Below the pieces are notes generated by a model. It was given only the letters and a program-made list of their open reading frames with translations, made no database searches and was not told where the DNA came from. Positions 56,214-64,000 of a stretch of DNA of 64,000 nt are shown piece after piece. The stretch is from Adineta vaga (Eukaryota; Animalia; Rotifera). The first letter of the stretch is position 1, and each line of letters starts with the position of its first letter. Made by a program: the position numbers and the translations under genes. The stretch spans positions 6,572,001 to 6,636,000 of the forward strand of contig CP075497.1 in NCBI GenBank assembly GCA_021613535.1, given 5' to 3'.

Positions 56214-58634
56214 ATGGGATGCTGTCCAACTGGACCCTACACTAGGCCTGTAGAATCTATTAAAAGACCGAGACCTCACCATAAACGTATGGCAACAGAT
56301 GGAAATTCAAACCAGCGAAGGGTCAGTCCTAGCGATGAGCCGACCGACGATGAACGTATGTTTCAATAAAAAAGATTATTTAGAAGGATTTCTATGTATA
56401 TTGTGCATTCACTGATATAGAGGTTGATATGTATAGTATGTGTTATGACAACGACGACGAAATTAATGGAAAACCAGATAAAGTAAGATTTTAATCACGA
56501 ATTTCTTCTTCACATTTGACTTTAGGGTACACCTTTTGATGCTATTATCAATGCTTACCGCAATCCAGCTCAAATGGATGATATGATCGCGATCAAAAAG
56601 GAAAATATTGTATTTATGATTGAAGTAAGTTTAATTGTTCAAATAATAATTTTTTAACGAAGCAAATAGCCATTCAAATATGATGAATCGCATCCGGATA
56701 ATGAACCACGTCCAATTCGTTTTGGGAGTCAATATAATGATCGAGGGGATTCACATAATCTTTCTATGCCATGTTCACTAAACAACGTCTCTGTTAGTTA
56801 AAATCATTTAGGTTATTGTTTTCTATTCATATCGTTTATTATCGTTGAAGAGAGATCGCAAACCAATATGGCCCATTATTTGCGGATGGATAAACCATCT
56901 GAAAGAAAAATGCGATAAACAAGAAGCAACATTTGAAGATTTGCAAGTAAAGATTATAACCGATCCGTTCTTTTTTCACTAGGATTAAATAAAACATTAT
57001 TTCAGAAGACAATTGATACCTGTACTGGTGTTCACCATGATCTGGATTGTTTACGTGAATTGTTAAGTCATGTAAATAAAATATGATATTGATTAGCGTT
57101 TGAATTGATTTTTGTTTGCAGAACTATTTGCCCGATGAACGTACTCGTTTCATGTGCACAACTCTTTCCAGAATGTGTGACCTTGTACTAAATCTTAACA
57201 AAGTTTTTACTCAGGTAAGTGTCTAGATTTATCTTGTTTCATTGAAGCGAAAAATTAAATTTCGATTTCATTGTAGCCACCTCCTCTCTTACGAACACAT
57301 ATGGATGGTGCAGTAACAATGTCTCAACAACAAGCTGCATCCTTATTAGCTTGCTCGTTCTTCTGCTTATTTCCAAATCGTACTCAATGGAAAGGATATG
57401 AAAATTATCAGAATCCAAATTTTGATACGTATATAAATATATATATTTGCTTACAGTTTCTGAAAAAGCAAAATTTTTGTATCCATTGTAGATTATACAC
57501 GCGGGGGCCCAAAGAAAAAGTAGAAAAACTCAGATGTGTTTTACATTATTTTCTTCGTGTCACTGAAAAAAGTAAAAACTATAGTCTTTTCTCGTCATTA
57601 TGCTACTATAATTTTCATCTAGTGCCAATGGGTGTTATCACATTTAAACGATATGTTTTAAAACCAAAAAATTATCCAAATTGGCCAGAGCTAAAAACAG
57701 AACTATGCACATTGCATTTAACAACAAGTAAACGAATCGAAGACATACAGAATACTTTACAAGTAAATCACTTAATCGTTTCTGAATTTTAACTCATAAA
57801 AAAACTTGGTTTTAGGTGGATTTTGCCAATGAATACATTGTAAGTATTGAAATCCTAATTTTTGCTTATTCGATGTATTTGTATTAGGGCGGTGGTGTGT
57901 TAGGAAATGGGTGTGTTCAAGAAGAAATTCGATTCAGCATTTGTCCGGAAATGCTTGTTAGTTTACTTCTGTGTGAGAAGATGGAGAAAAATGAATGCAT
58001 TTTCTTGATTGGATGCGAACGATTTTCGTCATACAAAGGTTATGCACATACATTCAAATTCGATCGCGATTACTTAGATGAAACACCTAAGTAAAAGGCT
58101 TTACTTTAAACTTCAAGAGCGTGTCTATAAGCTATGTTTTTCAGGGATAATTGGGGTCGAAAATGGTGCCATGTAGTTGCCATGGATGCAATCTATTTTC
58201 GTAATCCTTCGTCTCAGTTTCAGAAGAAAAATGTTGAACGAGAATTGCTCAAAGCTTACACAAGTTTCCTTCCACAGGGTAAATCTTCGGATTATCGTTT
58301 TGGAATCGCTACTGGAAATTGGGGTTGTGGCGCATTTAATGGTGACAGACAATTAAAAGGTATAGATTGTTATTTGAAGAGAAAAGAATGATTTTATGAA
58401 CTTCAATTTCTAGCTATTATTCAATTAATGGCAGCTTCCTATGCTCAACGTCCTCTAATCTATGCGGCATTTGGTGATAAGAAATTAGCCCAATCTTTCT
58501 GTGATATTTATAATGAAATGAAAATACATCATACAACAGTTGCAGATTTGTTCCATTATCTTCTTAAGTATGCTGATCGATTCGATAAATCTACACTATT
58601 TGAATTTATTTTGACGAAACTGAAATCATCTTAA
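56214..58634 (+). CDS. PARG: PARG paralog 2 with an MGCC N-terminus
   Basis: First exon MGCCPTGPYTR (in-frame TAA just upstream at 56205). VDFANEYI|GGGVLGNGCVQEEIRF and IATGNWGCGAFNG. Confidence 0.9.
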
Positions 58635-58961
58635 AACCATTAACATTTTTTTGTGATTTTTTTTAATATTTTATACCATTTTCATCTTGAATTACATTGT
58701 ATTGACGGGGAAAAGTATATAAAGAAAAAAAATCCCATGTGTATTGATTCTTGTTCTTTAATGACGCTTGTCAATGTGATATTTTCGATTGTCAATGAAG
58801 GAGAAAACATGGCTTGAAAGCATTTTTTTTCGTTTTTCTCTTACAAGCATACCTGCATACCATAAATGCAAAAATATTGACGCTTCAATTTATGATTTTC
58901 AATAACAATCAACATAGTATAATTTTAGATACAAAAAAATCGTTTTCTGTATGATCGTCTA

Positions 58962-61325
58962 ATGGCACAGTCATTATATCCAGCATTCGAAATAGAACCT
59001 GATAATGATCAGATATCTGACGACGAAGGTAAATTGAGATTATCCTAGTTTTTGTTTGATTAGACTAGTTAGACTATATTTACTAAATCAATAGGTAGAT
59101 ACTCAGAAATCGAAGACCCATATTTTGGTATTGAAGGTACTACTGAAATTATAACTCGAGTAAGATTTACTATTTGTCGATCTTCTTTGTTTAAAAACTT
59201 TAATTTAGGGTATATCTTTGAATACAATCGTACGTGATAATTTACAACCACCATGTATCAAAAATATGGATCAAGTTCGAAACACAAATTCTACTTTTTT
59301 GATAAAAGTAAAATATTGTTTTACTATTCATATAAATTACATCTCTCTGAAATTAGCCATTTAAATTCGATCCATTATATCCTGATCGTGAACCAATACC
59401 GATCGATACTCACTATCGTTGTGATCGACGAGGAGATACAGATCATGTTCATATGCCATGTTCAGAATACAATATGACTGTTAGTATTTATCCTCTTTAT
59501 AGCTCTAAATATATAAGTTCAATTTGATAATAGCAAAAGAAAGAATCTATATGGTATTTTCATCGAAAAGCATTAAATAGTTTAAAAGCTAAGTGTGATT
59601 CTTGTACGGCAACGGTAGAAGATCTGAAAGTAAGTAACGTATATCTATCTGTGACTTTCATCAATGATTGTACTGTTTAGAAAACCATTCGAACTTGTGT
59701 TCAACAGCATTATGACCTTGGTTCATTAGAAAAATTAATCAATGATGTAAGTTATTTTGTCTAATTCAGTAGTTTCAACGCATCTGTATATTTCAAGGTT
59801 TTTTCGAATGAACAACGAGGTTATTATATGTCCACAGTTTTATCAAATATATGTCATCTTGCGTTAAATGTTGATTCAATTTGTACTCGAGTAATTTCTT
59901 TTTGTTATTTTCATTTTTCATTTGTAAAATTGATTCGATTTCAGTCACCTCGATTGTTACGTGTCGGATCGAATGGTTCCGTCACGTTGTCACAAAGACA
60001 AGCAGCTTCATTGTTGGCTTGTGCATTTTTTTGTCTATTTCCAAATCGTTCAAACGAAGCAGGCAAGAATAAATTTAAGAGATTTCCAAATCCAAATTTT
60101 AACGGGTAAATATGGATCTCGGGATGCATTGTTGACTGTTTTTCTTATCTTGATTTTATAGATTATATAAATCAGGAGCAGAAAGAAAATTAGAAAAATT
60201 GAGATGTATTTTTCATTATTTTCGACGAATTACAGAAAAAAGTTAGTACAGAATATTGTGTTTTTCAAGAAATTCTTTCATATTTGTATAATTCAGTGCC
60301 TACTGGTGTTATTACTTTTCAACGATGTGTCTTACCAATAGAAATGATTCCACCATGGGAACGTGTGACAACAGATCTATGTGATTTACATTTAACAACA
60401 AATAAAAGAATCGAAGATATCAATGGTGTATTACAAGTAACTAGAATAATTGTATAGTATATAAAAATGATTGAATATTCTTCAGGTTGATTTCGCCAAT
60501 AAATACATTGTAAGTTTTAATTTAATTAAAAACCTTCGTTATTAGAGTTTTGTTTTGAATGAATATCAGGGTGGTGGTGTATTAGGAAATGGTTGTGTTC
60601 AAGAAGAGATTCGATTTAGTATTTGTTCGGAAATGCTTGTTAGTTTACTCATTTGTGAAAGAATGGAGAAAAATGAATGTATTCGTTTGATCGGCTGTGA
60701 ACGATACTCATCGTACAAGGGATATTCAAATACATTTAAATTCGATGGCGATTATAGAGATGCGACGCCTAAGTAATAAACTTCTTTCTGAACTTCAAGA
60801 TCGTGTTTATATGTTATGTATTTTTAAGGGATAATTGGGGTCGAAAATGGTGTCATTTAGTTGCCATGGATGCAATCTATTTTGGTAAAAAATCTACACA
60901 ATATGATATGAGATGTGCTGAACGTGAACTGACGAAAGCTTATGCAAGCTTTCGTTCACAGGATGATGAAACATTTTTCAATACTGCTATTGCTACTGGA
61001 AATTGGGGTTGTGGGGCATTTAATGGTGATCGACAATTAAAAGGTGATGTCGAAAATGTTTAATTTGATAAACGTATTAATTGATACTTTGATTCTAGCA
61101 ATCATTCAATTGATGGCCGCTTCTGAAGCTCGAGCTTCACTGATTTATGCTGCTTTTGGTGATAAAAATACTGTTGATTCATTATACATGGTATATGACT
61201 ATTTGAAAGGACAGAAAGCAACTGTAGCAGATTTATATCGATATCTTCGACGATATTTTACACAAGTCGAACGAGGAACATTATTTGACTTTATTATATG
61301 TACACCTGTTTCATCTGTTAGATGA
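58962..61325 (+). CDS. PARG: PARG paralog 3 (short acidic N-terminus)
   Basis: Starts MAQSLYPAFEIEPDND. VDFANKYI|GGGVLGNGCVQEEIRF and IATGNWGCGAFNG. Stop at 61325. Confidence 0.9.
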
Positions 61326-61692
61326 TGCAATTATTTCTCAGAACCAACTATTCATGAACGAAGAATTGTAGTTATGCTATTATTGTTAATTATCTATGAT
61401 GACAAAAAAATTATTCGCTTATCTGTTATTTTCGAAAGAATCGATTTAGAAGATTTCACAATCACATTGTTTGCTTTTTCTGTTACACCAAGACATGTTT
61501 ACCTAAGAACCACTAATATTTCGCTTGCACAAAGAAAAGCAACATTTTTTTTCTGTTCTCTTTCTTCCGTTTGTTGACTTCTTTCAAAATAATTCTTTTT
61601 TTTCTCAGAGAAATAAAACAATGTGTGGGTTGCATTCTACGTAGAAAAATTATAATTTCGTTCATATTTGACGTACAATTTCGGTTAGTAAA

Positions 61693-64000
61693 ATGGCTCA
61701 ACAACATTTTAATCGAGGAGATTCTCTACACCGCAATAATTGGAAAGAAGCTCATGAAAGAAGTGAGTGATGTTTGAATGTTATTTCTTTTTCTGTTCGA
61801 TCGAAATTCTCCGAAAAAATTCGTACATTACCAACGATTGATGTTACATAGATGTACAACCATGTTATGAGCTCTCTGATGATAACGAAATTGATGATAG
61901 AATACCAAAGGTAATAGTTAGAAGTCATGCTTTTATTTCCTTGAATACATAGTGTTCTAGGACACATCTTTGGAGGACATTATCAATGCGTGTCCGAACC
62001 CACCAGAAATGAAAGATATGGAAAGAATGAGAAATTCAAAGTGTACATTTATGATCGCGGTAGGTATTCTTATATGAGAAAGTAGTGTTGATTTTATTAT
62101 TGAATAGCCATTCAAATGTGATCAACTTCGGCCCAATTGTGAACCAGATCCACTGCTTATAGGGAATGGTTATCATGATATATGGGATGACAGTCATGTG
62201 CATATGCCATGCTCACCAAAATACACTGATGTGAGTTTTGAATGAATTCTTTCTAATTGTGTTGATTATCGAACAATTATTAAATAGAAATATAAGAAAT
62301 CTACGTGGACTTATATTTGTCGTCAATTGCATCGACTTCAAGATATATGCAACATCAGTGGTGCTATCTTTGAGGATTTGCAAGTAAAAGTTTCATTTTT
62401 GTAATTCAACTAGACAGAATATTTTATTAGATAACAATTGAGAAGTGCGTTGGACGTCGCTTTAATATGGAGAGTCTTCAAATACTTATTGAACAGGTGA
62501 TTGTTCTCTCTAAAAAGTCATATTTAATATAGAATTCACAGTAGGTTTACACAGCTGATGAACGAATGTATTTTATGTCGGTCGTTCTGTCCAATATCTG
62601 CAACCTAGCACTGAATGTTGACAAAATTTTTGGTGAAGTAGGTCTTGTTCTTTTGTGTTCTGAAACTTTCGAGATTATTATGTTTTAGCCACCACCTCTA
62701 TTACGAATTAAATCCGATGCTTCAGTGACGATGTCACAAAAGCAAGCAGCATCGTTATTAGCTTGTGCATTTTTCTGTTTATTTCCATTGCGTTCTGACG
62801 ATACAAAACCTAGTGAATATGAATACTTTCAAAATCCAAACTTCAATACGTAAAACTAAAAGTGTTTTCTCTCCTAATTCTTGATCATATGTCATATATT
62901 TTTTATAAGATTATACAAGAGAGGACCGCGACAAAAGGTAGAAAAACTCAAATGTATTTTACATTATTTTCATCGCATAACTGAAAAAAGTAATGATCTT
63001 AGTTTTATGATTTTCTCTATCTCTCTACTTTAATTCAGTGCCAAATGGTGTGATTAGTATTCGACGTTATGTATTACCGGAGAATTTGTACCCAAATTGG
63101 TCTCGTTCACCAGCAAAGCTTTCTCGAATCTTGTCATAAGTGATAAAAAAATTGAAGATATCAATAGTGTTTTACAAGTGGACTTTGCAAACGAATATAT
63201 TGTAAGTCTTGATCGAATGATTTCGTTCTCATACATGTAATCATAATAGGGTGGCGGTGTCTTAAGAAATGGTTGTGTTCAAGAAGAGATTCGATTTAGT
63301 ATTTGTCCAGAAATGCTTGTTAGTTTACTTCTTTGCGAGAGAATGGAAAAAAATGAATGCATATTCTTAATTGGATGTGAACGGTTTTCCTCATACAAAG
63401 GTTATGGAGATCACTTTGAATTCAATGGCGATTTTAGAGATAAAACACTTAGGTAACACAATTCTCTCTGAATTTCAAGATCGTGTTTACGTGTTACGTA
63501 TTTTTCAGAGATAATTGGGGTCGAAAATGGTGTCCTTTAGTTGCCATGGATGCAATCTTTTTTCATGAGTCAGATAAACAATATGATATACATAATGTAA
63601 ATCGTGAATTAATTAAAGCTTATGCGAGCTTTCGTCCACGAAAAACAGGCACAGGAAATAATGAGCGATATGGTATTGCCACTGGAAACTGGGGTTGCGG
63701 TGTATTCAATGGTGATCGACAATTGAAAGGTAACATATAGTTGAGTACAAAATCAAATTTTGGGATCAATTACTTTTGACTTTTAGCTATCATTCAATTA
63801 ATGGCAGCTTCAGAAGCTGGACGACCTCTAATCTATGCTGCTTTTCGTGATAAACGTATATCGAAATCTTTTTCTGATGTTTACAATTATTTATTACAGC
63901 AACAAGCAACAGTAGGCGATTTATATCAATATCTTCAAGAATACCCTCATCGAGCTAACCGAAAGTCATTATTTGACTACATTCTTCACACACCGATTTC
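61693..64000 (+). CDS. PARG: PARG paralog 4 (3' end runs off the window; 1-nt deletion at ~63130 as assembled)
   Basis: Starts MAQQHFNRG. LQVDFANEYI|GGGVLRNGCVQEEIRF and IATGNWGCGVFNG. The exon segment before VDFAN is 137 nt versus 138 nt in paralog 3, giving TAA at 63137. Confidence 0.82.

Overview
AT-rich, gene-dense eukaryotic DNA with many short (mostly ~45-70 nt) GT-AG introns. It is animal, and the composition plus the 'LPNELFLxIFQY' F-box-like genes suggest a bdelloid rotifer (inference). In order: 3' part of VPS13B, TBC1D25-like RabGAP (-), a very divergent tail-less beta-tubulin, tRNA-Arg(TCT), CFAP99 (-), a SUEL-lectin/CUB single-pass membrane protein, and a divergent Smad. A ~6 kb protein-free interval follows, holding a hAT-type MITE and a miR-125 hairpin with no let-7 or miR-100 partner seen. 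After it come a complete axonemal dynein DNAH2, a GT7 glycosyltransferase (-), and a same-strand cluster of four PARG paralogs interleaved with a damaged B3GNTL1/QTGAL gene and two F-box-like genes. Most notable: the PARG array keeps intact catalytic loops but has four different N-termini (one starts MGCC, a lipidation motif) and one copy has precisely lost an intron. Also notable are the orphan miR-125, X-box motifs upstream of the ciliary genes and the odd tubulin, and 1-2 nt deletions in five separate genes (assembly error or decay). Gene coordinates span introns; splice models were read by eye.
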